From: Trichosphaerium sp. ATCC 40318
Taxonomy: Eukaryota > Protista > Tubulinea
Direction: 5' to 3'
NCBI GenBank assembly: GCA_038496445.1
Contig: JALMLS010000175.1
Location: 62,001-126,000, forward strand
DNA: 64,000 nucleotides
This document shows, piece by piece, positions 1-14,300 of this stretch; within the stretch, counting starts at the first letter, position 1, and every line of letters starts with the position of its first letter. The position numbers and the translations under genes are program-made. A model generated the notes under the pieces. It made no database searches, had not been told where the DNA came from, and saw only the letters and a program-made list of their open reading frames with translations.

Positions 1-1273
1 ACTTGGGATCATGAAGTGGTATGCACCAAAGACGATTCAGGAGCATGGACAAGCATCAGGTACGCTTTTTGTTAGAAGAATTGGGCATGAAGTCCTACTA
101 TTTTTTATTTAATCGATGCTCATTTTCTGCGATACTAGATGGTGGCGCGTTTGGGGTGTTACGTCTATGAGGTTTGCAGAATCAGGAAGAGATCTTAGAC
201 CTATTTATGATGAACTGGAAGCTTGGGTTAAGCAAAAGAATGAACAAGCACCTCAAGGTGCTAATGAAATGTTCCAAGCAATTGATTCTTGGATTAATAT
301 GGAGACTGAAAGAGTGCGTGTTTTAATCATAACGCCCTTCATTTGAATTTTGATAGAAGGCTTCGTCGAACGAAGAAGCGAAGAAACTCAAACATTTCTG
401 ATTGTTTTTTTTTAGGCACTCCTCAATAATGCCGTTGTCGGTATTGCTTTCTCTTTAGTTATTGTTTTGATTGTACTATTCTTTAGTACACAGAATGTAC
501 TACTTACCATCTACGCTTGGGTAACAATTGTTGGTATTGTTGTTAGTATGACTGGAGTGATTGTTATAATCGGATGGAAACTTGGATTCATTGAGTCTGT
601 ATCACTTGTAAGTTGAACTAGTGTTTAATGTTTCCGTGGTCTCACAGTACATTATAGGCTATTCTAGCTGGATTGGCCGTTGATTACACTGTGCATTTGG
701 CAGTAGCTTATAAGACTGCTAATTTCAAGAATCGGTTTAAACGTGCACAAACAGCAATCTATGGTAAGCTTTAAAAAAGAGTTTTTTTTAATTGGATTTG
801 ACCTAATATTTTGTCACAAACAGAGATGGGTATATCTGTTCTCATGGCATCTATAACTACTTTCGCTTCAGCTGTTATGCTATTCTTTACGACTATTCTA
901 TTTTTTGTTAAGGTACGATTCTTGTTTTGGGTGGAAGAAAACACTTTTTTTTTTGCCTAATTTGGTCAATGTATCGTCCTTTTGCAAGCAGTGCTTGTTT
1001 CTGGTTTTGTGTTATGTATCGAGTAATATTAGCATTTTTTGCAAGTATGTGTGGCCCGTTCTGATAATTTTCTTGTAGTTTGGTCAGTTTATGGCATTGG
1101 CAACTGTTGTTAGTATGCTATGGGCTTTCTTGTTCTTTATGTCATTGTTATTCACTATTGGTCCTCAAGGATCGTTCTGTGATGTTGAAAAGTACATGTG
1201 CTTTTGGACAAAGTATATTACTTGTTGCTCTGTTTCAGATGATAGCGATGATGAGGAAGATAATAACTTGTAA
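1..1273 (+). CDS. Dispatched/Patched-like RND (sterol-sensing) membrane protein, 3' part, multi-exon
   Basis: Spliced exons give GWKLGFIESVSL..AILAGLAVDYTVHLAVAY..EMGISVLMASITTFASAVMLFFTTILFFVKFGQFMALATVVSMLWAFLFF, with the GxxVDY motif of the second RND TM cluster. The 5' end is outside the window. Confidence 0.85.
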
Positions 1274-1621
1274 AACAATATGTTTGCAGGAACAGAAAAT
1301 GTAAATAAATTTTTTGATCGAAATATCTTCATTTCCCTAGACTCGATGTTAACAGAACCAAATTCATAACAATTACGACAATGGTGGGCCTGTATACAAT
1401 TCTTGTCACCAGTTGGTTAGTTGGCATTTACCAATGATTTCCAATGTTCATTTTTATCCTTTGTTAATCCAATAGCTATGTTAAAGTGAAAACAAAATGT
1501 TCGGGCTATGTCATTTTGTTCATCTATTTCAGTAATCTTTGTAGCGACGTTTGCGAAGGAACAATAAAGAAACTAAATGGTAAAAGCAATGTAGCACTTG
1601 CAAATGCCTTATCAAACAAAA

Positions 1622-4600
1622 ATGGAATCAACTAAAGGTGGTAAGTAATGGTGACACGTGTACATAAAACTCTTGAAAACCAAGAATTTTTACATAAAAA
1701 TCTACGTAATTTCTTGCACAGAATTAGCATTAACAACCTTTGAACAGTTTGCCATCATAGAAGCAATTAACATATTATGCATAAAGGCAAATTTAGACCT
1801 CGTTCAGGTCCTGCCAGCAGTAGGTAATTACAACACAATTGTTAAAACTGGTACAGTGTTTCTAAGCTTCATAGCGGAGCTGCGGCTCTTGTTGGAGGAG
1901 GAAATATAGGATTTTTTGGGTTTGGTAACGATTTACAAGCTATTGCGGTACTACAAGCGTCGAAATACTCATATAACAGATATACAGGCTATTCCACCCA
2001 AATTTCAATTAGCATTAAAGAAACTACAAAAAAAGGACGCTACTACACGCTCAAAGGGTTTAAAAGAGCTTCAGAGCCTAATTCAATCAGAAACTTTAAA
2101 TGAAACTGAGGTACGACTGACAACACTAAAAAGTACACCAAAGTATCTCCGAACGCCTACAAACCTTCAACGAACTATTTACACGTTGTAAAATCAACAA
2201 AATAATTAAATTGTGTAGATTGACGGCATTCTCACTGATTGGACTACACAATGGCGTACATTGGCGATTGTACGCGAACCACACATTCGAGCCGAAACAA
2301 TGCGCACAATGGCTTGTGTAGCAACAAAATTCAACAAGTACGCTACAACGTGTCACTATTAAACGCCTTGTCAACAGCCAGGCCATTAATTCGTTGAACA
2401 AGCCGAACCTTGTCATTTTTATCATTCTGACGTTGACGTCCCTTTCGTTTAGGCATTTATCAGGTCATATTAAAGCTATGATGTCTCACTGGTACTTGGC
2501 ACAGTTTGATCCTGTTTCTGAGGTTAGAACTGAAGCTAAGAGTGCATTGAAAGCAGCATTAAAAGAAAGAGAAGCAATATCAGGATATGTTGCTTGTCGT
2601 AAAGAAATCTTTTTGTATATCAAAGAAAACCTCAACCATACACCTAGCACTATCAGTACGTAATATTTATATTGTTTAAAAGCAATACAAAAGGGGTTTA
2701 ACAGGGGAAAACAACAAAAAGGTTAAAAACAATTTTGGTTCACTTGTTAAGTTGTTTACTGTCTTGTTTGCTTATTTGCTTTCTTGTCTAGACACAAAAA
2801 TTACAGAGAAAGGTGTTAATGAAGAGCTTTATAGTCGAGTTGTCGCATCAAGTATTTATGGTCTTAATTTTATGATGAAGGAGTTCCCTGCAAAGACAAA
2901 TGCTAGTTTGAAGAGTAAATATATGGAACTACTTACACCAAAGGTTCTAAAGCTCATTAAGAATAAAAACGTAGCAATAAGAGGTGCCATGTATGCTTTA
3001 TTCTTAACACTATCTACGTCAATGAAAGGTAAGTGTCAGTACTAAATATACGCATACAAAGCATTAAAGAAAGCGTACTCTAACATATTGTTTCTCAGAA
3101 ATAATCGAAGCGAAGTTACAATTGATTTCCGGATTAATTCTTACTTCATTTGAAGAGAAGGAATCATTCGCACATCGGTCTATGTGGGATATGATACTAC
3201 ATTTTGTAAATGGTACACTTTTTATTATTAGTTATTGTACTTACTGATGAATAGAATACAAGACTTGTTGGACACATGCTAGTACTAAAAAAGTATTTAA
3301 CAAATTATTTGAATTTCTACGAAAAACATGCTATGGTTCTGGTGAGACATCATACCCTTATATCCTACCTTTTGTTAATATCGCTCCGGAGGAGGTTAGT
3401 CTATATTTTAGAGGCATTGATATACAGATCTTTTTGACTTATTGTTTTGTTGTAGGCCAAGACCCCAAAGTTTTATGATTCTCTTTTTAATAGCTTCTAC
3501 AAAGGATTGATGAGTAAGAAACCTGTTGCTCCAGTACAACAACAAGCACTACTAGAGAACTACTTCATTACAGTGTTGTATCGTATAGTAACTTTATGGT
3601 ACGTGTTACATGATAGCGAATACAACTAATAAGGAATTAGTAAAACAAATATTGAAGAAGCCAAACAAACACTTGTCAAACATGTCTATGGAGTGTTTTC
3701 TGGATATCTCAAATATGAGGTACCATATTGTTACAATGGTTGTTTTTTTGGCTCTTAATGTGTCTTATATAGGAAGCTTTATCGTCGTTTATTGTACCAC
3801 AGCTGATTAAAACGCTTAACAGATTATCAAATGAGGACAAATACAAAGGTGAACTAGTTACCTACAAACCTCCTTATTGTTACTCACCATGACTCTTAGA
3901 CCTCTTCTCTTATTTCTGGAACCAAACTACCCAATCTATTGCTACAGCAGACGAAGGGGATGATGATTCTCGAGTGATATTCTACAATAACTTATCACAA
4001 TTTTTCATTGCTTATATTAAAGAAAACAAGGATGTTAACCCAACTGTCATCTCTTTCATTAAAGAACAATTCGCCTCAATCTCAGATATAATGGAGAAAG
4101 GCGATGTATCAAAACTGACATTTATTGCAAGTGTCATTAGCCGTATTGGTGTCGCAGCAGTAACCACTGATTGTATCCACTGAACTTTTTTTTTCATTTG
4201 ACTTACAGTCAACCATGTTGACCATTACTTCCCTTCACTTGTATAGCCCAAACATTCTTTACAAACACACTACTTCCGTGTATAGAAAAACATTCAACGT
4301 CCCAAGAGAATGTTATAATGCCTTTGCTCCTTGATATAGCGTCAGGTACAACACCTTTTGCAATCCATAGATTTACCCATTTAGGTTTGTTTAAATTGGA
4401 ATCTGGAACTACTGCCTTGACAGCAACTCACGCATCACAATGGGAGAGCCTATTAGAGGCGCTAATTCAACTGTCAGGTGCTACACATATAAATTCTGCG
4501 TTAGATAAGGTACAACATTAACCTTCCAACTGAGTTTAACTAGAACTAAGGTTTCTGTAACCCTCGACCCAACTTCATTTGTATGTACTAAACTTGATCA

Positions 4601-7600
4601 ATTTGCGCTCTCTTTGGCCAACAAATCTTCATTAAGTGATGAGGTATGTGCACTGTTTAGCTGAGGGCAGGCAGTATTTACAGTTTTGTTTCAGGAATGT
4701 GACACACTCTTGAAACTTATCGAAAAAGACGCTTTATCAGAAAAAGCGTTTGGCGAACTTTGCGAGATTGTACAGAAGCACTTGATCACATTTATGGAAT
4801 CAAGTATGTTATCTATATAGTATTTACCCTAACGTAGTGGTATAGATGATGCTGAGTCAGAACCTAATGCAGCTATAAAGCAGCTTAAAGTCATAGTTAA
4901 TCACAAGAATGTCAAGTCTATCTACCCTACACTTATTAATGCACGTCTCCAACTGAACTTAATATTTACTAACAATCAATAGTTTGTCGCACAAACTAAA
5001 GACCACATTGATATATTCACAACTGTGCTGGATGCAGGACATGTTTCAAAGCTAGAAAAAGCTGAAAAAATTGAAAGTTTGAAATTCCTAACAGAGAACA
5101 TTATTGAGGCATCCAAAAATATGAAAAACCAGTACACACTATTATAACAATGTATGTGCATTAACGTTACATAGATTTACACAGCTCAACGAGATGTTAA
5201 GCTTGATTTTGCAAAAAGCAGATGATAGTAAATCCGCGCTTCTAGACACTTTCCACGTTGATAGTGGTATTCTTTGTGCCGGAAATGAATTAGTAGAGTC
5301 TTGTGTTGACTATAACGTGTTGGAATCACCTGTATACTTCATGCACAACCAGTTTGACAACAAGCCAACTGATGACAAAGGTGAGACTTCTATTTTCTGT
5401 TTGATTTGGTTGAATGCATCCTTATACACTTTAGAATGGGTGAATACACTTTTCGCACATGTGAGGAGGATACAATTGGTTGTATCGTCTGTAGGGAAAG
5501 AAGAGTTAAACCAACTCATTATAGATAACGAAAACAAGGGTCTTCTTAAACAAATAATCTTCTTCAAAGCAATTGTTGATTGCAAACTCCTCACAAACAG
5601 AGAGTATACTCCACAGGTTGTTAAGGCCTGGGATGAATGTATGGAATCGACAGCTGTATTTTGGGAAGACGTACTGGCTCCTTCATTCACCCAAAAACAA
5701 TTAATTGCAACGATTGATATCATTCAAAAGGTGCCATCTTTAATGACTTAGCAAGAAACTAACTTAAACCAAGGAATCGATTTCACGAGGTGGTTTCTCA
5801 TCTCTAGCTTACAGTCAAGTATTATCTCTAGTCAATAATGCAGAATTAGCTCAAACTACGCTTAATAAGCTCATTAATGATTATCCTAATCGTAAGAGGG
5901 TTTACCAAACTTGAAGTGTTCATTCTTACTTTTTTCTTAGAAAAACTGGTTAGCTCAGTGGGCATTGTAAATACAATTGAAGTCACATTTGATGTTTTAT
6001 CTCGAATAGTATCTCGACAATCTATAGATAATATATTACACAACATAATAGATACATTAAAGGCTTCAGAAACAGCAGACGACTCCAGAGGTAAAACGAT
6101 TGTTTTCCCACAAAATCTCTAAACTAACTTTCATTCCAGGATTTATTCTTCGCCTCATTTTCACGATATTCAAAAACTACTCTGATATCAGTATTGATTT
6201 GGTTGATAGACTACTCAAAGCAATTGAATTAAAGCCTTCAAATGCTATTGTACATCTAGACAACCTTTTATCTCTACTCAACATTCTCATTGATACACAA
6301 ATTGAAAAAATATCTGAACAGTATTTATCTTTTATCATTTCAATAACTTCTCATGCTCTTCATGTACGTTCATTTCCTCGTCTTTTATATCTAATTCTTT
6401 TGGTATAGTTTGACTTGGGTGACTCTAAAAACACTTCTCTGATCAATGCTGCTGCGAAACTTGTTGCTAAGATTCCATCCATTCCTGGAACTCAAGAATC
6501 AACAAAATGGAAGTCAACAAGTCCAGAAATTTATAGTATACTACTCAAAGCATTCTTCAAAGATCATTCAGAACAATCTGTTGTTTATGATACATTGCTC
6601 AAGAATATAGCTATAGCTTGTCGTGATGTACCTGCTGTATACTTACAGAAATCAAACACAGTGCAAGATTTTATTTCCGTAATGATGTCTTGCGATCATT
6701 TGGAGGTCCAATTATCTGCCTTTTATCTTGCAAGAGAGCTTGTACATTTACAACTTGATTCAAAGGAAGAAAAAGGTACGAATACATCGTGTCAACGCTC
6801 AACTTCTTTGTTTGACATTTATTTTTTAGCATCTGGACAAAATCAACCTGTTTCAATAAACAAGGCCGAGAGTGTTGACCTTACAGCTGCTCAAGTAATG
6901 GGTAAGTACCTAGAGTAGCGTATTTAGTGGATTGCTGTAGTTTAAACTTACAATTGCGCTTTAGAGCTTGGTGCAGCTTCAGGAACTGAAACTCAGCTTC
7001 TTCCTACTAGATTGGCATCTTTGATTACTGACAAGCAACACTACAATAAATTCAATCCAAAATCGCTTCTATACTATCACAAGAATGTTGGGATGATACT
7101 TGGTTGGAATGTTATCCTTGAATACCTTGACAAAGCAGTACGATTAAATATACAAAAAAATATAAAAATGATTAACTTCCAACCTTAGGATGCAAAGGGT
7201 AAAGACGGCATTGGTGGCTCTATCCGTAAACACTTGCTCATCAACAAGTTCTTAAGTTGTTTGTTCTCTTGTATAAATCTCAAGCAATATACTGCAGAGA
7301 CAGAAGCTCAAGTATGTGACAAAGCGTTCATTGGTGTTTGGTTTTTTGAACTATTGCTTGTCTTAACCTTTTTTTGTAGTGTCTCGCTTTGGCATCAAAT
7401 GCTGGGTTGGAAAATACACTAGCATTGATAGCGCGTATGACATACCTACGTGCTGTTAATGTTGTCCCATCCCTGTTCCGATTCTGGTACAATGCTTTAA
7501 ATAACAGAAAAGTTGTTGGAGAAATAACAAAATACACAACGGACCATGTCAGCCGATACCTCTTTGTTGATGAGGTCAAAAAAGTAGAGGCTTATGAAAG

Positions 7601-8221
7601 CAAAGAAGGTTTCTTTGATGTCAAAGCAACGAAGAAATTCCCATACAAGATAATAGCCAGCTACGAAAAAGATGATGTCGTACTTAAAAGTACGTTGTTA
7701 AGTCCTTCTTTTTCATATTACTCCTCAGTAAAATGACTTTCTATTCGTGTAGTGGAGATTAGCATACCCGCAAGTTATCCGCTGAAACCTCCTTCTGTCG
7801 CTTTAGTAAAGAGAATCGGCGTATCTGATCAACTTTGGCGTCGATGGACTCTTTCAATGACTACCCTTCTTCTTACCCGAGTATGTATTTTTTACCACTC
7901 TCACAAGCTTTACTAGTACTAATGTTAACTAAAGATGGCTCTATACTTGATGCAGCATTACTATGGAAGGTGTTTTTGGATAAACACTTTGAGGGTGTTG
8001 AGCTTTGTCCTATTTGTTATTGCATTTTCCATAATTCTGATAATTCTCTACCAAACTTGCCTTGTAAGACTTGTAGGTACAGATTTCATGCTGGATGTAT
8101 TGTACGTTTATTTAATAATCTCTTTATTTATTATTTTAACAAATTCTTTTCTTAACAGCATAAATGGTTCACTACTTCTGGTAAAAATGAATGTCCAATG
8201 TGTAAAACTGAATGGCTGTAA
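1622..8221 (+). CDS. LTN1: E3 ubiquitin ligase listerin (Ltn1/Rkr1), many introns
   Basis: N-terminal [25 protein letters not shown], a helical-repeat body, [10 protein letters not shown] (RWD) and a C-terminal RING: [48 protein letters not shown]. The start codon is approximate. Confidence 0.93.
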
Positions 8222-8944
8222 TGAAAAAAGATAAAAGATTTTAAAAATACCATTAGACGTGCTCACTAGAATCATGTTAAATCACTGGGAAACCCGCTTA
8301 TTTGCTAACCAAATCGGACAGCTTCACCTTTGCTCTGCATCACGAAGCAATTGTCTCACAAAATAGCATTGAAGTTTGTTTTCAGTATACTAAAATTGAT
8401 TCACATTGCCACTTACTGTTTTCAGACGCTGTTAAGTCAGTCATTTTCTTGGTTCTCCTAATCACAACAGAATCTCATACGGTTTTTTTGTTTTACCTGG
8501 ACCTTTACCTTATTACCTAAGTAGTTAGAGAGCGCTTCATCTGTGCTAAAGAGTTCTTTCGTTTAACCACTGAACCCTCTGTAATGGTACGGCAAGTTAA
8601 AGGCGATAGTCCCAAAATTAAGTAGCTTAATTAACATCAATGTGCGCCTCTAAAGGGTTATACATAGACCTAAAATCACGTTATAAAGGACCACTTACAT
8701 CGAGACCTCATTTCTAAAGACCACCGAGCATTCAAGCAACTTGAAGTATTTTGAAGCTAGAAACAAGCATATAGATAGGTACACAACGATAAGTGCTCTT
8801 GAAGTTCTTTTGGAGCAGGGTCAACACTTACAAAATATCAAAGCAAAATGATGGAAGTACTCATGTATGGATTAAATTACATTATATTTATTGATGAATC
8901 GCGAAAACATGCTATCACGTGATGGGTTGGTAAACAACACGTGT

Positions 8945-9776
8945 TCAGTTCAAAACTTTGGAAACGAAGTCGTTACGCTTGCGCTCCTCCAGTTTTCTTA
9001 CGAGATGAGACAGCGCTGTGCGCACAGCTGCATCGCCTCCGCCATTAACCACTGGAACGCCGAATTGTTTTAGCACCTACCAAAAGGCGTCAAGATACAA
9101 CGTGGACGCCAAATAATCACGATAAAGGCAACTATCTCGAAAAAAAAAACGAGAAAAAAAAACATAAATTTGTATTCATACATTTCTTAGGTTCACAGCA
9201 GGCCCCTGAAGCTTCTGTCTGGTCTTGGGTTTTTTAATGACTCCTTGTAGTCTTGGAGACGAGTATGAAGGTTTATCATTATTTGAAGACAATGTTGGTG
9301 GATCTGAAGGCAATGGGGGGTTGTCTACCAACGAAGATGTCTCGCTTGCAATAAACGCCGAAAACAGGTCACCCACCTAGAAAATGTCAGTCTTATTTGG
9401 TAGTGTTTTGTACGTACTCTTTGGTGTATAAACGCCTCGTTGGCTTCATATGAGGCATGGATACCTGGGTTGGTTTGATGACAAACCTGCAAACGTACTA
9501 GTTCGTTTATGTTCATTCTAACAAAAAAAAAATTAACGACATTACACTAAATTTATCTTACTTCATCTGTTGTATTGCTGCGGTAGTTTGTTGTTTGTGG
9601 GTTTTCAAACTACAACGAGGGATTCTAGGTAACGCTGCTTGGCGAACATTGGACACAACACGGGTTGTGTTTCCTTCTTGTAGTTCTCCTGCTAACGTGT
9701 AGTCTTCTGCTCTGTCTAGTAATTTATTTAGATCTACCTTCATAGTGACTGCATTGTTGTTTGAGAAGTTGCGCAT
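8945..9776 (-). CDS. Hypothetical protein, 4 exons
   Basis: GT-AG introns join MRNFSNNN..QQMK / MNINELVRL..FIHQR / VGDLFSAF..NLRN / VLKQFGVPVV..FVSKVLN* in frame. No family recognised. Confidence 0.6.
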
Positions 9777-9894
9777 TGTTTGTATCAGGAAATTTAATTG
9801 AAACTCGTACACATTGAAACCAAACAGGACTACCTAGCGCTATGTGTGTTAGCCGAATACCTACGCATGTGAAGATCACGTGACGGGTAAGCAA

Positions 9895-10905
9895 TACTGT
9901 TTTATGGGTTTCTTTTCCAAATGCAAAACAAAGTGATGATTAAAACAATACATTACTTCGCTCAAAAAAGTTTTTCTCGGAGTCAAATAAGTGTTTAACA
10001 TAACCCCAGGTAGTGTTTTATACAGGTAACATTTCATGTTTCCAACAATCGCATGAGGGAGAAATGGGGAGCTTAGAGAAAGTTACTTGAATGTGAATGC
10101 ATTCTATGTTTACCTTTAAATGGCAGCTGTACGCACGTGTAGACGAGAACTGTTCTACAAACGTTACCGCACATTTTAGGGTGCTAGCAAAAGTCAAACT
10201 ACACTACATGGTGGTAAATCACGTACAGTTCTGTTGAACTTGTGTACGTGTTTTGTCATTAGGTTACAAGCTATGCGGCAGAGCTTTCATAGCATATGTG
10301 TTTGTGAACGCGCTAGTTACACGAGATTTACACAGATTGGTCTGTTTTATTAATAGAATGACGAAATATCATCGGAAAAAAGGCAAAAAAAGAGTAATCA
10401 CCTTTAGCGTGAAGGTACAAGAACTGCAAAGAAAAAAAGACAAAAAAAAAACCCTGGCATAAATCACGTGATAAAAGGTCACCAAAAAATAGTAAATGTC
10501 TGCTAACAGTTCTATACGTTCGAATTCTTTCTATTAAGCGAAATAAAACCTGAGGTATTTGTGAGCTAGAAATTCCATTGTATTTTAGTTGTATATCAGA
10601 AGAGATACGTTATCCGGGTTGTAACGCAATTGTTTGTGAAATAAAACTATGACATAACTAACGTGTTACAATTTTTCCAAAAATACAACGCACGCGAAGA
10701 GATGAGCTAGAAGTGTCATGTCGTTATTGTTTTTTGGGTTTTTTTTTGTTCTTCTCGCAAAAAAAGGAAAAGGATGAGCTCACCTGTCGCTCGCAAAAGT
10801 ATTTGTAGGATTCAAGTAAGCATTTAACATAAGCCTGGATAGTCCTTATAATACGGACGTCATTTCCGGTTTCCGACAATCGTCATGAAGGGAGATTGAG
10901 GAGCA
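9895..10905. repeat. Diverged direct repeat pair (~170-180 nt) at ~9895-10075 and ~10725-10905
   Basis: Colinear blocks, e.g. tcaaataagtgtttaacataaccccaggtagt vs tcaagtaagcatttaacataagcctggatagt, and catttcatgtttccaacaatcgcatgagggagaaatggggagc vs catttccggtttccgacaatcgtcatgaagggagattgaggagc. Confidence 0.7.
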
Positions 10906-11335
10906 ATTTAAAACAAAAAAAAGAGCTGCTTTCTGAAACTTTTGAAGTTGCTATTTGAAGGCTGCTAACTTACAATATTATGCTATCTATGTAGATTCAC
11001 AACTTTTGTCCATTAATTTCTCAGCCAATACTGCAATAAACTGTCTCTTTGTAAAAATCCTATTTTTGTAAATGCTACACTGTGATGTGCTTTTTCTAAC
11101 AATCTGTTTCAAATCTACCTTTTTTGAGACTTGACAGATTAAAAATATCAAAAGCTAACGCCATCATACAAAAAACCTACAAAAAGTTTCACGTTCCTTA
11201 TGTTGGTAGAGCTCGAATTATTTCAACTCTGATGTTGAAAAAACTAACCAAACTAAGGATACGTTTTTACAACGCTTACTAACAAGTCAAACGGTGGTAG
11301 GTTTTTTTGATAAGTTTAATTTATTAATATTTAAG

Positions 11336-14300
11336 TTAACTTGTTGAAAGACCACGTTCCTTCATCTTATCAACAAGCTTACTTACACAAGATACACAGA
11401 ATTTTTGTCCTCTGACTTCTTGTGTCTCTGTTATGAGTACGCTTTTCTGACATAAATTACATTGCATATAGTCATAAATTGAAGTAAACTCCACTTCTTC
11501 TTCATCAAGCGGAATATCAATAGAAGCTGAATTAGACTCAAGTGGTGCTAGAGGTACATGTGGTTCAATAACACGTGGAGATATCTCCGGTGGAGGCACA
11601 TACCCATGTGCACGCTTTGGAGGCTGCATTTGAAGGTACTCTTCTCCTTTTCTTAAGAAAATGTTAGAAGAAGAACAAACAACCTGTTTGCCTTGCTACG
11701 TACGGGCTACTCTTCCGTTTCTTTACAACGACTACAATAATGACGATAATAATAATTAATAAGATTAGAGCGCCACCACCAGCTGCAAGATACCACCAAG
11801 GGAATGGTACTAAATACTCAGAGTGAGAAAACGAAAAATGTATAAGGAAAAAACAATGCGTACATAGTGGTTTGCTATCATTGGAAGCCTCTTCTGTAGT
11901 ACCCTCAGACCCAGCCTGAGATACAGGATCATTTGGAGCTATCTCACATTGAGACCACTCTCCATTAACCTGAATGCTTACTCTATCTCTTGATGCTTGA
12001 TTTTGGTACTGTGTATCACAAAGACTTGAAAGTGCTTCAATAGCTGTAGTACCTAAATAACAATATTAGTTTAACATTCTTTTGTACTTTTTGTTTCTTT
12101 TATTTAATGAATTATTGGTGTACGTATTTAACCAAAATTTAAAGAATTAGAATGAGTGGTAATGATACAACAATGGTTTTTTGGGATGAAAAAAAAATAA
12201 TCAAAAAAAGCAAAGGAAAAGAAACGTACCAGAATCAGAATCAGCAATATCAATTAGAATACGCCTCTCTTCTCCTTGCTCTAAAGAACGTTTTTTGTTT
12301 AAAAGAGTTAATTCTAGCCTTGAAGAAGAAACGCGCAAGAGATTATCGATGACTGTTTGAACTTTAGACATATCAATATCTTCAGTCATCAAGAAAGCAA
12401 CCATACCACGCCCAGCTTCACAAAAAGTCAGTAACCTACACTCACCAAAAAAATCACGATAATATACTCGTTTACGTACTTTTGGAGCAAGCTAGAGAGT
12501 TTCCGGGAGCAGAAACTTGAAGTCCATTAAGTTTCCATGATGGTGTTTTCTCATCTTTTTGGTATTCGTAGTAAAATGTAAAACCTGAACGACCTGGTTT
12601 AAATACAGTTGTCACACCATCAAATCCATCCAAATCATTGTACTCTCCAATAGGAATAGTACACTCTCTAGAGTTACTTGACTGGTAACCAAAGTACATT
12701 CTAAACTCGTTTGCCTTCTCTTCGGTGCACTCCAACATTGGAACAACGGAGAGTTCCTTAGGAAGAATATTAGAACAAGCGCCTTTCAAAACAACGATTC
12801 GTAGTGGTACTACGTACAGGACATATGAAAGTAGTTGGTGGAAGAGTTGTAGGAACAACAGATGCTGTTGGGGTAGCACGAGTAGGTGGTAAAGTAGCTT
12901 TAGTAGGTGCAGTAGGTTCGACAGACCCCGCTTTTGGCGTAGGCAGCTCTGTTGGTCTTGTTGTTGACATGCTCGTAGGTTCCTCGGTTTCCATACGTGT
13001 AGGAGGCTGGGTAGATGACAAAGGTGGACTTGTTGTAGGTGGGGTTGGTTTCATTGTAGCTGGTGGACTTGTTGTAGGTGGACGAGTTGTAGGTGGTCTT
13101 GTAGTTGGCGGACGGGTTGTAGGTGGAGGAGTTGTAGGTGGGCTAGTAGTTGGCGGACGGGTTGTAGGTGGAGGAGTTGTAGGAGGCCTAGTAGTTGGAG
13201 GTCTTGTAGTTGGTGGCCTAGTCGTTGGTGGGAGCGTAGTAGGTGGACGTGTAGGTGGCTTTGTAGGCGTAGGAGCAAGGGTACTAGCAGTCTAAAGATA
13301 CAACGTCAGGGTTTTTTCGCAAAGAGAATAGAAAACCGTACAAGAGTTTGACTCCATTTTCCTTGACCTCTAGAATTAGTGCCAGCGATACGATATTGGT
13401 AGCTCATGCCAGCTACTAAGAATTCATCTTTAAAAGATTCTAATGAATTGACTGCCTCATTTTGCCAAGCACCACCAACCACACGTCTTTGTAGCCTAGT
13501 CAAAAATCAAAACATGAAACATGTTTTTTTTATTGGGTCCAAAGTACGTACTTGAAGGAAGTTACAGCAGCACCATTAGGATATGGTTGACTCCACTCAA
13601 CTGTAATGAATGATTGCGCTGCTTGTTTTAAACTTATTGTAAGTAGTCCAGGAGGCGCTCTGAACGTATTATAAGTATGTACTGCCTCTGGTCTGTCAGC
13701 ACAGATAAAGTCAGACATTTTTTGACCACGAAGATTAATCTAGAAAAAAATGGGAATGAGGACTCATAAAGCATAAAAAAGCGTTTTTTAATTGTAGTTC
13801 CTTTCACGTACGTTCATCTTTGATTGTACAAAATTAGGTCTGTTTCTTATAAAATTGTTTATATTATTGTAGCATTGTTGGAAATAACTGCCTGATTTCC
13901 CATCGGCACAACCTAGAAGCATAAGTGTTAGTAACAAAAAAAACCCTCTAAAAAAAATTATTTGTCATTGCTCTTTCACATACCTCCACGTGATTGTTCA
14001 CATTCCTGTCTATTAAATTCAGCGAAAACTTCATCCAAAAGCTTCTTAAGTTCAGCATAGCTATAAACTGAATTCTTCAGGAGTAGCTACAAACAACCAT
14101 TTTAGTACAACCAAAAAAATCAAGGCAACAAAAAAAATACCATTCTTCTTTGGAATTCATCTCTGTATCCGTTGATTACAATTTTCTTTAGTAACGTTCT
14201 TCTATCCCACAAACTTCCGTCGTCATTATATTTCCAGCTTCTCTGGATACACAAGTTAGTACAGTAGACAGGGGAAAGGAGAAAAAAAAAACACAAATGA

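Noticed and set aside
4173-4246. LTN1 intron with donor GTATCCAC and TTCCCTTCAC near the 3' end. A second U12 intron?
   Set aside because: Both signals deviate from consensus (GTATCCTT, TTCCTTRAC), so it cannot be supported without scoring.
7881-7934. LTN1 intron whose GT..AAG ends leave the frame off by one (LLLTR|DGSI expected). Non-canonical intron?
   Set aside because: A single missing G (AAG|GAT) explains it, consistent with homopolymer errors elsewhere in the window.
12804-13295. Gly/Val-rich + strand ORF, and other antisense ORFs such as 33317..33700 and 5310..5723
   Set aside because: These are shadows of repetitive or real exons on the opposite strand.
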